From the UHGV virus genome UHGV-1991486: a stretch of 40,667 nucleotides of DNA; one strand, given 5' to 3'. This DNA is from a virus. Both the position numbers and the translations under genes were made by a program. Shown here piece after piece: positions 26,742 through 35,629 of this stretch. The notes under the pieces were generated by a model, which saw only the letters and a program-made list of their open reading frames with translations, had not been told where the DNA came from and did no database searches. The stretch's first letter is position 1; every line of letters begins with the position of its first letter.

Positions 26742-26933
26742 ATGGAGATTAAAGGAACTTATCACTGCCAGACCACCCAGCAGCCGAACGCATTAAACGG
26801 TTGGGATATCCGCTCCGTATCGGTAGATCTGCCGGATGCAAAGCAGGGCAAACCGTACTGGATCAGAGCTGGTGCGATGATGATAGGGTTTATCTTGGTG
26901 ATGCTGGCGTGGTATCTGGTGTTTGGGTATTAA
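26742..26933 (+). CDS. Small membrane protein (63 aa).
   Basis: C-terminal transmembrane segment 'MMIGFILVMLAWYLVFGY'. RBS GGGAGG upstream. Confidence 0.4.
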   Translation: MEIKGTYHCQTTQQPNALNGWDIRSVSVDLPDAKQGKPYWIRAGAMMIGFILVMLAWYLVFGY

Positions 26934-27020
26934 AAATGAGCACCTACAAAAAGGCTGGGGAGCCGTAGGTACTCTGACAAAAAATCAAGAATATAGTAAC
27001 AGATTTTAGGAGGATAAGCA

Positions 27021-27236
27021 ATGGAAAACAATAAAATTTATGTAAGCGAACAGGAATATTCCCGTCTTTGCAGATTAGATGGGAGGACGGATGCATTGAT
27101 CGGGTATATCGCAATGGCTGAAAAGGAGTATGAATCAAGAAGAAACACTGAGTTTACCACATATAACACAGATGACGATAAGTATTTTTTAGATGCAAAT
27201 GTTGTAAAAGCAATTATCGGCATGGAGGACGAATGA
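27021..27236 (+). CDS. Hypothetical protein (71 aa).
   Basis: RBS AGGAGG upstream of ATG 27021. Confidence 0.4.
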   Translation: MENNKIYVSEQEYSRLCRLDGRTDALIGYIAMAEKEYESRRNTEFTTYNTDDDKYFLDANVVKAIIGMEDE

Positions 27237-27421
27237 TGTATGTAGGTATCGGACCGGAGAAAGACACGGTAGTAACAGAAGATCGGGCGTTTGAATATGC
27301 GCTGGAAAGATGCTTACACGGGACACCGGATGAACGGGAAGAGTTTAAAGAGATGCTGGTGGAATGGTTTTACTCCGGTAATTGGGTACATGAAGAAAGT
27401 GAGGAATCTTGCAATGCTTAA
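27233..27421 (+). CDS. Hypothetical protein (62 aa).
   Basis: ATGA overlap with the upstream ORF. Confidence 0.35.
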   Translation: MMYVGIGPEKDTVVTEDRAFEYALERCLHGTPDEREEFKEMLVEWFYSGNWVHEESEESCNA

Positions 27422-28034
27422 AAGCTATGGAGAAATGAGAAAAGTAGATGTGAAACCATATCTTGAAAAAAGAGATGGCATGGATTACTTAAACTGGGCG
27501 ATGTGCATTGATTTATTGCACAAAAACGGCGCTGAAAATGTTTATTTTACACCGATTCCAGATCCAGAAACAGGAAGTAGCTTAAGAATGACAAAGGCAG
27601 TGTTTAAAGACAAAAACGGAAACGAAAACAGGTGTTATGAAACCAGAATCCGTGTTGTTATAGACGATGAAGTATATGAGATGCAAACACCTGTGATGAA
27701 TGGGGCAAACCCTGTAAAAGACAACTCTATGAGTCAGCAAAGAGTCTGGAACAGCATGTGCAGGGCGTTTGTGAAGTGCGTAGCAATACATACCGGCTTA
27801 GGGTTCGATTTGTGGCTTAAAGAGGAATACAACAAGATGTATGCTCAAATACCGGAAACGGGGGAAAACAGAGCGTCTGAAGCGAAAATCAAGACTCTCA
27901 AGAATCTATGCGTATCTCACGGCATCAATCTTGAACGATGGTTGAGAGAAAACAATAGGACTGAGCAGACACTTACCGAGACAGAAGCTGCAACAATGTT
28001 AAGCACAATAAAAAGGACTTACGGTGATGATTGA
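27414..28034 (+). CDS. Sak/RAD52-like single-strand annealing protein (DUF1071-like).
   Basis: 'DYLNWAMCIDLL...' and 'QQRVWNSMCRAFVKCVAIHTGLGFDLW' resemble Sak/RAD52-type motifs. Start taken at ATG 27414, in frame within the track ORF 27291..28034. Confidence 0.55.
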   Translation: MLKSYGEMRKVDVKPYLEKRDGMDYLNWAMCIDLLHKNGAENVYFTPIPDPETGSSLRMTKAVFKDKNGNENRCYETRIRVVIDDEVYEMQTPVMNGANPVKDNSMSQQRVWNSMCRAFVKCVAIHTGLGFDLWLKEEYNKMYAQIPETGENRASEAKIKTLKNLCVSHGINLERWLRENNRTEQTLTETEAATMLSTIKRTYGDD

Positions 28035-28573
28035 TGAAATTCACAGGAAAATTAAAAGGCCGTTTGATAGATTGCCACACCATCCTATTCGAATCCGAAG
28101 AGGACTTCCGACAAGCCTATGATGAGTTGAAAGATTATGAGAAATTAACGCTTGAAATAAAGCCATACAGAGCAAAAAGAAGCCTTGATGCAAACTCTTA
28201 TTTGTGGGTGTTGCTGGATAAATTAGCAGACAAGCTGGATATTACCAGATGGCAAGCGTACCTAAATGAATTAAAATCCCACGGTGCTTTTGAGTACATA
28301 CCGCTCAGGGAAAAAGACATCTATCTGGCACAGTCAGTGTTCCGGATTGTGATAGATCGTGGAGCGCAGGAAGTAAAAGACCTAAAAGGGAGAGCTGAAA
28401 CATTACACACTCTGCAATGCTACAAAGGGTCAAGCAAGTATAACACCAAAGAAACGAGCAGACTCATCAAAGGCGTGTTGGAAGATTGCAGAGAGGTTGG
28501 AATACCAGATGCAGACCTTTTGACCCCAGATGAAAAAGAAGAGCTTAGACAAAAATGGGGGATTGAACTGTGA
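28031..28573 (+). CDS. NinB/Orf-family recombination mediator.
   Basis: 'KRSLDANSYLWVLLDKLA' parallels lambda NinB 'RSLDQNRKLWACLGDVS'. Confidence 0.65.
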   Translation: MMKFTGKLKGRLIDCHTILFESEEDFRQAYDELKDYEKLTLEIKPYRAKRSLDANSYLWVLLDKLADKLDITRWQAYLNELKSHGAFEYIPLREKDIYLAQSVFRIVIDRGAQEVKDLKGRAETLHTLQCYKGSSKYNTKETSRLIKGVLEDCREVGIPDADLLTPDEKEELRQKWGIEL

Positions 28574-28950
28574 GTATTGATTACAGCGACATGGCATTCT
28601 CGAAACCTAAGCGAAAGAAAAAGAAAAAAGGTCATCAAAGAGCTTTCGGCAGACCAAAGAAGCTGTGGAGCATATTTACAGAGGACATGGATCACTGCAT
28701 GTATACCGGAGCTTATGGGGTGGAAAGGCATCACATTTTCAGTCACACATCGAGAGAAATTGAACTTTCGGAGGATTACGGATTCATAGCTCCATTGAGA
28801 CCGGACCTGCATCCATACGGAACAAGTGCAGGGAAGAATGCAGCGAAAGTTGACAGAGACTTAAGAAAACGCTGCAAGGAATATTATTTGCAGCACTACG
28901 GAACAGAAGAACAGTTCCGGCAAGAATTTTATTATGTTAGTAAGGGTTAA
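28570..28950 (+). CDS. Hypothetical protein with an HNH-like 'C.YTG....ERHHIF' motif.
   Basis: 126 aa, basic N-terminus. Motif only. Family not identified. Confidence 0.35.
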   Translation: MSIDYSDMAFSKPKRKKKKKGHQRAFGRPKKLWSIFTEDMDHCMYTGAYGVERHHIFSHTSREIELSEDYGFIAPLRPDLHPYGTSAGKNAAKVDRDLRKRCKEYYLQHYGTEEQFRQEFYYVSKG

Positions 28951-29063
28951 ACCTTTGCTATAAATTGTAACCCGTTCATGGCTGCTGCACAGTACGTCAC
29001 AAATACCTTAAGTAAGCCAGATTCATTGTCTCCCGGTAACTCCGGGAGCAGAAAGGAGAACGA

Positions 29064-29474
29064 ATGATAATTACAATTCCGGGAAAACCCGTCGGAAAAG
29101 CAAGACCGAGATTCCACAGAGCCGGATTTAAGGTCATTACATACACGCCACCAGAAACCAAGAAGTACGAAAAAGAAGTTGCGAGGATTTATAAACAAAG
29201 CGCAGGTGTTCTTTATGCAGAGATACCTCTGAGAGTTCGTATTTTAGCGAAATTTCCGATTCCAGAGAGCTGGTCTAAGAAGAATAAGGAGAAAGCTTTA
29301 AAAGGCGAAATAAAGCCGAATAAAAAGCCAGACTTAGACAACATTGCAAAAATCATTCTGGATGGACTGAACGGAGTCGCATACATCGATGATAAGCAGG
29401 TGACCAGTCTGGAGATTGAAAAAGTGTACTCGGATACACCTTGCGTGGTGGTCTATATTGCGGAGGATGAGTAA
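29064..29474 (+). CDS. rusA: RusA Holliday-junction resolvase.
   Basis: 'PGKPVGKARPRF' and 'KPDLDNIAKIILDGLNGVAYIDDKQV' are classic RusA motifs. Confidence 0.9.
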   Translation: MIITIPGKPVGKARPRFHRAGFKVITYTPPETKKYEKEVARIYKQSAGVLYAEIPLRVRILAKFPIPESWSKKNKEKALKGEIKPNKKPDLDNIAKIILDGLNGVAYIDDKQVTSLEIEKVYSDTPCVVVYIAEDE

Positions 29475-30343
29475 TGGCAGAGGTGAAGTGGATCAAGATA
29501 GCAACGGATATCTTTGATGATGAAAAGATATTGCTGATAGAGAGTTTACCGGATGCTTATGCAATTATAACAGTCTGGTTCAAGTTGCTATGTCTTGCCG
29601 GGAAAAAGAATAACGGTGGTGTATTCCTGATGAATGACAAGATTCCCTACACAGACAAGATGCTGGCTACAATCTTTAGAATGAATGAATCCACTGTAAA
29701 GTTGGCTCTGAACGCGTTTGAGCAATTTAAAATGATTGAGATAGTGGAGGGAATAATCACGATCCCGAACTGGAATAAGCACCAGACATTGGATGCTTAT
29801 GAACGGAAAAAAGAGCGTGACAGGCTGTACCAAGAGGAAAGAAGAGCCAAACAAAGAGCTTTAATTGAAAAATCGTCTGACAAGTCGTCTGAAAGAACGT
29901 CTGACGTCGCTGTTTCAGATATAGATAAAGAAGAAGATAAAGAAAAAGATAATAATATATATGTCCCGTACAAAGAGATCATAACTTACCTGAATGAAAA
30001 GACAGGCAAGAAACTAAGGTGGGATGTTAAGAGTAACCAGAAGGAAATAAAAGCCAGATTCAATGAAGGATACACTCTGGATGACTTTAAGACGGTGATT
30101 GATAAAAAATACCATGAGTGGGGCAGAAAGCCGACAAAAGAGGAATTACAGCGCGGCATTAAGGATATGAGGATATATCTAAGACCAAAAACCCTGTTCG
30201 GCGGTAATTTTGATGATTATCTTAACCAAGAGCAGACGGAAAAAGCGCCAGCAAAACCGCCAGTAAGTAGAAACTTAAATAACTTTGAGCGCAGAGAATA
30301 CGACATGGACTCTCTGGAAGAGCAGCTGTTGAATTCGAATTAA
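29474..30343 (+). CDS. Phage replisome organizer (N-terminal rep_org_N domain plus the conserved phage C-terminal domain). DnaD-like.
   Basis: 'VKWIKIATDIFDDEKILLIESLPDAYAIITVWFKLLCLAGKKNNGGVF' and C-terminal 'IITYLNEKTGKKLRWDVKSNQKEIKARFNEGYTLDDFKTVID'. Confidence 0.85.
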   Translation: MAEVKWIKIATDIFDDEKILLIESLPDAYAIITVWFKLLCLAGKKNNGGVFLMNDKIPYTDKMLATIFRMNESTVKLALNAFEQFKMIEIVEGIITIPNWNKHQTLDAYERKKERDRLYQEERRAKQRALIEKSSDKSSERTSDVAVSDIDKEEDKEKDNNIYVPYKEIITYLNEKTGKKLRWDVKSNQKEIKARFNEGYTLDDFKTVIDKKYHEWGRKPTKEELQRGIKDMRIYLRPKTLFGGNFDDYLNQEQTEKAPAKPPVSRNLNNFERREYDMDSLEEQLLNSN

Positions 30344-30354
30344 GGAGGAACAAA

Positions 30355-31086
30355 ATGAAAGAAGAATTATTAAAAATGGCACAGGAGTGTCTCTCCGAGG
30401 AAGAAGTAAAGGAAATACTCAAAAAGAAATTTAAGGAATCGATAGAATCGGCAATAGGATCAGCGTTTAGATGGGGAGATGCGGAAAAGGCACTGAAGAA
30501 AAAGATAAACGATGTCATGGTGCCGTACATAGAGAAGTATGATTTTTCGGAATACCTTCCAAAGTTGGATACGGTGCTTACAGAAATCGTAAATTCCGAT
30601 GCTTGCATTGAGAATAAAAAGATTCTAGAAAATTTTAAGGAATTATCAATCAAGCAGGAAGAAAAAGAAATGGAAGTCACGGATCTGTTTGATGCATGGA
30701 TTGCAATGTGCGAAAAGAAGATCAGTACAACTGGTCTGGAAGTGGAGTTTGACGATGGACCACACTACGAATCGGTCAGTTGCGAGATGCTAATAGAAGA
30801 GTGTGAAAGATCTACTTGGAGCTCCCTGCATAGGGCGGTAATCATTTTCGAAAACGAACACGATGAAGAGTTGAATATGGAAATTCCGATATCGAAATGG
30901 GATTTTGAGAAAGAGTATACACTTGACAGTTTGGGATGTGTAGACATTAAGTCGTTGAGATACCTTGGGGAATTTGACATGCTGTTGCTGAGATTACAAA
31001 GAGCGGGAACGAAAATCATCATAAACGAAATGGAAGCAGGTGGAGAAATATGTCCAGAGGAAGAGCCGGAAGTAAGTTTCAGTTAG
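30355..31086 (+). CDS. Hypothetical acidic protein (243 aa).
   Basis: RBS AGGAGG upstream. Confidence 0.5.
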   Translation: MKEELLKMAQECLSEEEVKEILKKKFKESIESAIGSAFRWGDAEKALKKKINDVMVPYIEKYDFSEYLPKLDTVLTEIVNSDACIENKKILENFKELSIKQEEKEMEVTDLFDAWIAMCEKKISTTGLEVEFDDGPHYESVSCEMLIEECERSTWSSLHRAVIIFENEHDEELNMEIPISKWDFEKEYTLDSLGCVDIKSLRYLGEFDMLLLRLQRAGTKIIINEMEAGGEICPEEEPEVSFS

Positions 31087-31095
31087 GAGGCAAAC

Positions 31096-31224
31096 ATGAA
31101 CAGAAAAAGATACGGTTTTAGAGTCTATAGGAAACAGTCTACCGGATTGAGACACGGAAATATGGATGCGTTTACGCGCGGCAGCACAAAGCGGAAGAGA
31201 AAGAATAGGGTGAGAGGGAAATGA
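31096..31224 (+). CDS. Very basic mini-protein (42 aa), 'MNRKRYGFRVYRKQSTGLRHGN...KRKRKNRVRGK'.
   Basis: RBS AGGAGG 5 nt upstream. ATGA overlap with the next gene. Confidence 0.3.
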   Translation: MNRKRYGFRVYRKQSTGLRHGNMDAFTRGSTKRKRKNRVRGK

Positions 31225-31703
31225 GTAGACCAGGACACTTTCTGGATCCCTACAAGTTCCAGATCGAAGAGATGGTAAAACTCGGATGCACGGATGAGCA
31301 TATCTGCAGAGTACTTGAGGATATTACTGGAAAAGAAGTGAAAAAGAGGGTAATAGCAAACAAGAGGATGTGGTTAAGAAAAATGGAAAATAAAAGAAAA
31401 CAATACGAACCGTACAAGGGAGAAATTAAGTGCATGATCGAATACGGACTTACGATCCAGAACATCTATGCAGCAATAAGCGAAGAGAGCGGAATCGATG
31501 CAAGTATTGAAACGTTCAAAAACTTTTTAAAAGACAATGATATGCTGCCTGAGTCGAAGAAGCAGGAAACTTCGGTCAAGGATATCTTTGGCAACATTGC
31601 AAATTACATGGAGTTTCACGAGGGTTGGGTGAGGACCAGTTGCCGGCTCAACAGGGCGATGTCGAATCCAAACCGGATATTAATGCGGAGGTATTTGCAG
31701 TAG
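31221..31703 (+). CDS. Hypothetical DNA-binding protein with two tandem HTH-like segments.
   Basis: 'IEEMVKLGCTDEHICRVLEDITG' and 'IKCMIEYGLTIQNIYAAISEESG' look like HTH motifs. Confidence 0.4.
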   Translation: MSRPGHFLDPYKFQIEEMVKLGCTDEHICRVLEDITGKEVKKRVIANKRMWLRKMENKRKQYEPYKGEIKCMIEYGLTIQNIYAAISEESGIDASIETFKNFLKDNDMLPESKKQETSVKDIFGNIANYMEFHEGWVRTSCRLNRAMSNPNRILMRRYLQ

Positions 31704-31777
31704 GTTATAAAAAATAAGCGAAAATAGAAAGGAGCCAGCCTCCGGCCGGGGCAAGGGTATACCGGGCTTCTGAGAAA

Positions 31778-32662
31778 ATGGATAAAGAGAAAAAAGCAAT
31801 CGAAAGAATTAAAATGGCAAGTGAAATGAGTCTACATCACTATGGTAGACCGCTTGTTTGTACGTATAGCGGCGGCAAGGATAGTGATGTGATGTTAGAG
31901 ATTTTTAAGCGATCCGGAATCCCGTTTGAAGTGCATAACAGCCATACAACGGCAGACGCACCACAGACCGTATACCATATCAAAGAAGTATTAAAAAAAA
32001 CGGAATTACAAGGAATTAAATGCGAAATCGAAATGCCAACATACAAAGGAAAACCAACAAGTATGTGGAAATTGATACCACAAAAGTTAATGCCACCGAC
32101 TAGACGGGTAAGATACTGTTGCTCTGTCTTGAAAGAGACGGGATGCCAAAATAGATACATCGCAACAGGAGTAAGGTGGGATGAATCGAATAAAAGAGCG
32201 GAAAGAGGAGAATTTGAAAAGCTTGGGAAAAACTACAATGAGAATGAGACTTTTTCTACTATTATGCTTATGAGCGATAACGGATCAAAGAGACGAATGG
32301 GTGAGCTTTGTATGCAACAGAATAAAATGGTTGTAAATCCAATTATCGACTGGACGCATTCAGATATTTGGCAGTACATAGAATCAGAACATATAGAAGT
32401 ATGCGATTTGTACAAACGTGGATATGATCGTGCTGGCTGTATCGGATGTCCTATGGCAGGCAAGAAGCGTTACAAAGAGTTTGCGGATTTTCCAAAGTAT
32501 AAGCAATTGTATATAAATGCTTTCGACAGGATGTTGAAAGAACGTAAACGAAGAGGAAAAGAATGTAAGTGGACGACAGGGGAAGAGGTATTTTTTTGGT
32601 GGATGGAGGATGAAAACATACCAGGGCAGATGAGTATAGAAGACTTTATTACGGAGGAATGA
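31778..32662 (+). CDS. PAPS-reductase-family (PP-loop ATP pyrophosphatase) protein, IbrA/DndC-like.
   Basis: PP-loop 'TYSGGKDSDVM'. C-terminal Cys cluster 'CIGCPMAGKKRYKEF'. 294 aa. Confidence 0.8.
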   Translation: MDKEKKAIERIKMASEMSLHHYGRPLVCTYSGGKDSDVMLEIFKRSGIPFEVHNSHTTADAPQTVYHIKEVLKKTELQGIKCEIEMPTYKGKPTSMWKLIPQKLMPPTRRVRYCCSVLKETGCQNRYIATGVRWDESNKRAERGEFEKLGKNYNENETFSTIMLMSDNGSKRRMGELCMQQNKMVVNPIIDWTHSDIWQYIESEHIEVCDLYKRGYDRAGCIGCPMAGKKRYKEFADFPKYKQLYINAFDRMLKERKRRGKECKWTTGEEVFFWWMEDENIPGQMSIEDFITEE

Positions 32663-32665
32663 CTA

Positions 32666-33067
32666 ATGGCGAAAACAGAAGAAACATGGATGGACGGGAT
32701 CACAACAGAAATGATGGAGCATATATGCGACAACCTGTGCAGGTATCCAGATCAGCTAAGTGAAATGGAACTGGAAGATAAACGCGCAGAGTGCAAGATG
32801 GGACGGTTTGTGTGCGATATTTTGAACCAGTATAACAAGGTGAATGATTTTGTGGACAGCCAGTGTGCGAAGTTGATGAATCAGATGCATGAGTTGAAAG
32901 AGCGTGATACGGCGAAAAAGCCAGAAGAAGTAGACTATGAATTAGGTTATTTCGTTTGCCCAAGTTGCAGAGAGTCAATATGTTTTATTGATGGACATGC
33001 AGAAGAGCACGAATGCTGTCTGAAGTGCGGCCAGAGATTAGATTTCGGAGGTTTAAATGAAATTTGA
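32666..33067 (+). CDS. Cys-rich hypothetical protein with a C-terminal zinc-ribbon.
   Basis: 'CPSCRES...CCLKCGQRL'. Confidence 0.45.
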   Translation: MAKTEETWMDGITTEMMEHICDNLCRYPDQLSEMELEDKRAECKMGRFVCDILNQYNKVNDFVDSQCAKLMNQMHELKERDTAKKPEEVDYELGYFVCPSCRESICFIDGHAEEHECCLKCGQRLDFGGLNEI

Positions 33068-33530
33068 AAACGCATGTAACTGCATAGTAGATTATTCAAT
33101 TTTAGAAAAAGCAATAGAAGAAGAATGCAGTAGAAGAAATATTACACCTAAAGAGGAATATAAAATTTATCTTTATCGTGGGTATGCTGGAATTTCGATA
33201 AAGCATGACAAAGTGTCGGTACACAGGATAATTGGTAAACATATTGTTGGATTCAATTTTGGTTCAGAAATTCATGTTCACCATATTGATGGAGATAAAT
33301 TAAATAATAATATTTCTAATCTTCAAGTAATTAAAAAATCATTACACACGAAAGAACATAATTTAGTTCAATATGTTTCAGAAGAATATAAAAGAAGTTT
33401 TGGAGATAGGATGAAGCATATTGTTTCAAGAAGTGATGTTGCAAAAGAAGATGTGATTTTTCTTAGAAATAAGGGATTAACAATCAATCAAATCGCTGAA
33501 AAACTAGTGTACTGTATTGTTGACATTTAA
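33057..33530 (+). CDS. HNH endonuclease. Its native 3' end is replaced by IS630 inverted-repeat sequence.
   Basis: 'VHHIDGDKLNNNISNLQVI...HTKEH' HNH motif. AT-rich. The last 8 codons (VYCIVDI*) are encoded by the IS left inverted repeat. Confidence 0.75.
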   Translation: MKFENACNCIVDYSILEKAIEEECSRRNITPKEEYKIYLYRGYAGISIKHDKVSVHRIIGKHIVGFNFGSEIHVHHIDGDKLNNNISNLQVIKKSLHTKEHNLVQYVSEEYKRSFGDRMKHIVSRSDVAKEDVIFLRNKGLTINQIAEKLVYCIVDI

Positions 33531-33584
33531 CTAAATATTTATAGCTATTATAGCCGCTTCATGTTAAAATAAAAGAAAACGGCG

Positions 33585-34103
33585 GTGATTTATATGGCAA
33601 GACCAAGAAAATATGTCATTAAACTTACAGATGATGAATTGAAGACATTAAAATCTATAATTCGCAAAAGTAATACATCTAAAACTATTCGAAGCAGATG
33701 CCAGATTATTATTGATTTGGATGAGGCTCATGGGAAAGTATTAACCCATGAGCAATCCGCAAGATCAAATGGTGTTTGCCTGACAACTGTAACGAATACA
33801 GTGACCAAATATTTTTCCGGTGGCATTGAAGCGGTTACCGAGTTCAAAAGAAATATCAATTCCGACAATGCAAGGCGTATCCTTGATGGACGTGCAGAAG
33901 CACGTATTATTGAACTTGCCTGCGGTCCTGTTCCAGAAGGTCATTCCAGATGGACTTTGCGTCTGCTGGAAAAAGAAGCCAAAGTAGTGCTTGATACACC
34001 GGTTAGCAAAGATGCTATCCGTAGAGCCTTAAAAAAAACAAACTTCGACCTCACAAAAATGAATACTGGTGCATTCCCTCAAGAGAGGACGCAGAATTTA
34101 TAG
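33585..34103 (+). CDS. IS630-family transposase OrfA (HTH DNA-binding part).
   Basis: HTH-rich 172 aa. Ends after the A8 run. Confidence 0.8.
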   Translation: MIYMARPRKYVIKLTDDELKTLKSIIRKSNTSKTIRSRCQIIIDLDEAHGKVLTHEQSARSNGVCLTTVTNTVTKYFSGGIEAVTEFKRNINSDNARRILDGRAEARIIELACGPVPEGHSRWTLRLLEKEAKVVLDTPVSKDAIRRALKKTNFDLTKMNTGAFPQERTQNL

Positions 34104-34108
34104 CTTGT

Positions 34109-34744
34109 ATGGAGGATGTTCTCGATGTATACGAACTTCCATATAACCCACAACGCCCCGTTGTTTGTATGGATGAAAAACCATATCAGTTACTTGGCGA
34201 GGCAAGATCCCCACTTCCTATGCGCCCCGGCAATGACCAGAAAGTAGATTCTGAGTATGTCAGAAATGGTACATGCAGCATCTTTGCATTCGTAGAACCG
34301 CTTGGTGGAGCTCATCATGTAAGTGTTCGGGAACATCGGACTGCAATTGACTGGGCAGAAGAAATCAAATATCTTGCCGATGTCATGTATCCAGATGTAG
34401 AAAAAATAATTCTTGTAATGGATAATCTTAATACACATAAACCAGCATCATTGTACAAACGTTACCCTGCTGATGAAGCCAGAAGAATCATGAAACGGTT
34501 GGAGATTCACTACACACCAAAACATGGCAGCTGGCTTGATATTGCAGAAATCGAACTTAACGTCATGACCAGACAATGTTTGAACAGAAGGATTGATAAT
34601 ATTTCAAATCTTCGTAAGGAATTATCAGCATGGGAAGTTGAACGAAATACCGTAGCCGCAAAGGTAAACTGGCAATTTCGAACGGAGGATGCAAGAATTA
34701 AATTGAATTCCTTGTATCCGACATTTACTACTGCATCTGAATAA
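34109..34744 (+). CDS. IS630-family transposase OrfB (DDE catalytic domain). The -1 frame is open from 34025.
   Basis: 'VMDNLNTHK...HYTPKHGSWLDIAEIELNVM' DDE_3 signature. Confidence 0.85.
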   Translation: MEDVLDVYELPYNPQRPVVCMDEKPYQLLGEARSPLPMRPGNDQKVDSEYVRNGTCSIFAFVEPLGGAHHVSVREHRTAIDWAEEIKYLADVMYPDVEKIILVMDNLNTHKPASLYKRYPADEARRIMKRLEIHYTPKHGSWLDIAEIELNVMTRQCLNRRIDNISNLRKELSAWEVERNTVAAKVNWQFRTEDARIKLNSLYPTFTTASE

Positions 34745-34848
34745 GATGCAGTAGTAATGTTAAATATCAACGATACAGCACACTAGACTGTGGGTATAAC
34801 ACTGTTTGTAGAAGATTAGGAATGCGTAATTAGATTGGAGTGAGTAAC

Positions 34849-35028
34849 ATGGGAGAATTAAAGAAATGTCCGTTTTGTGGTGGAGAAGCGACAATGAAAA
34901 TCCATTATGGATTTGACGAAAAAGTTATATCAGCTTTCGTGTACTGCGAAGAATGCGGAGTCGCAACGCGAAGATGTGCTTTAGAAACAACTGCTATAGG
35001 GAAATGGAACAGGAGGGTGGAAGAATGA
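34849..35028 (+). CDS. Lar-family restriction-alleviation protein (zinc-ribbon).
   Basis: 'CPFCGGEATMKIHYGFDEKVISAFVYCEECGVATRRCALETTAIGKWNRR' matches the Lar family (CPFCGG...C..CG...A...WN.R). Confidence 0.75.
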   Translation: MGELKKCPFCGGEATMKIHYGFDEKVISAFVYCEECGVATRRCALETTAIGKWNRRVEE

Positions 35029-35180
35029 TTAAAGTAAAAGCGGAGGCAAATTATGGTTTTGCTGGAACAAATATGACATTTGAAGAAGAGTTTGGTGATG
35101 ATGTAACTGATGAGGAAATCGAAGAAGCTATGAGAGATATGGTTATGGAACAGGTTAATTGGTCATGGGAGAAAGAGTAA
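35025..35180 (+). CDS. Small acidic hypothetical protein (51 aa).
   Basis: RBS AGGAGGGTGG. ATGA overlap with the Lar gene. Confidence 0.3.
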   Translation: MIKVKAEANYGFAGTNMTFEEEFGDDVTDEEIEEAMRDMVMEQVNWSWEKE

Positions 35181-35182
35181 TT

Positions 35183-35629
35183 ATGAACAGAGAAATACTT
35201 TTTAAAGCAAAGAGAAAAGATAATGGAGAATGGGTGGAAGGGTATGTTGTTGCATATCCTTCTGGAAAAGTGGAAATACACAAAATTAGCAAAGAATTAC
35301 CAGATATATTACTAAAATGCGAGATTGCTCCAAGTACTTTATGCCAGTACACCGGACTTACCGACAAAAACGATAAGAAGATCTGGGAGAATGATATTCT
35401 CAGATATAGTTATGACTATGATGGAAGTCCGTTTTTAAAAGATGGCGAAGAGATAAAATATCGTGTAGGTGCTGTGTTTTGGAGCGAATGGAGGGGATCA
35501 TGGGCAGTATGTGGACGAGGAAATAAAAAATGCACCAATAACGATGTTTTTAAATATAATCGGAATCCAAATAGAACGGAAGTTATCGGAAACATTTTTG
35601 ACAATCCAGAGCTGTTGGAGGTGGAGTGA
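35183..35629 (+). CDS. YopX-family protein.
   Basis: 'MNREILFKAKRKDNGEWVEGYVV' is the typical YopX N-terminus. Confidence 0.8.
   Translation: MNREILFKAKRKDNGEWVEGYVVAYPSGKVEIHKISKELPDILLKCEIAPSTLCQYTGLTDKNDKKIWENDILRYSYDYDGSPFLKDGEEIKYRVGAVFWSEWRGSWAVCGRGNKKCTNNDVFKYNRNPNRTEVIGNIFDNPELLEVE

Larger units (their letters stand above)
33505..34785 (+). mobile_element. IS630/Tc1-family insertion sequence, flanked by a TA target duplication.
   Basis: Terminal inverted repeats gtgtactgtattgttgacatttaac (33507-31) and gttaaatatcaacgatacagcacac (34759-83) match at 22 of 25 positions, flanked by TA/TA. Encodes an HTH OrfA and a DDE OrfB. Confidence 0.85.
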
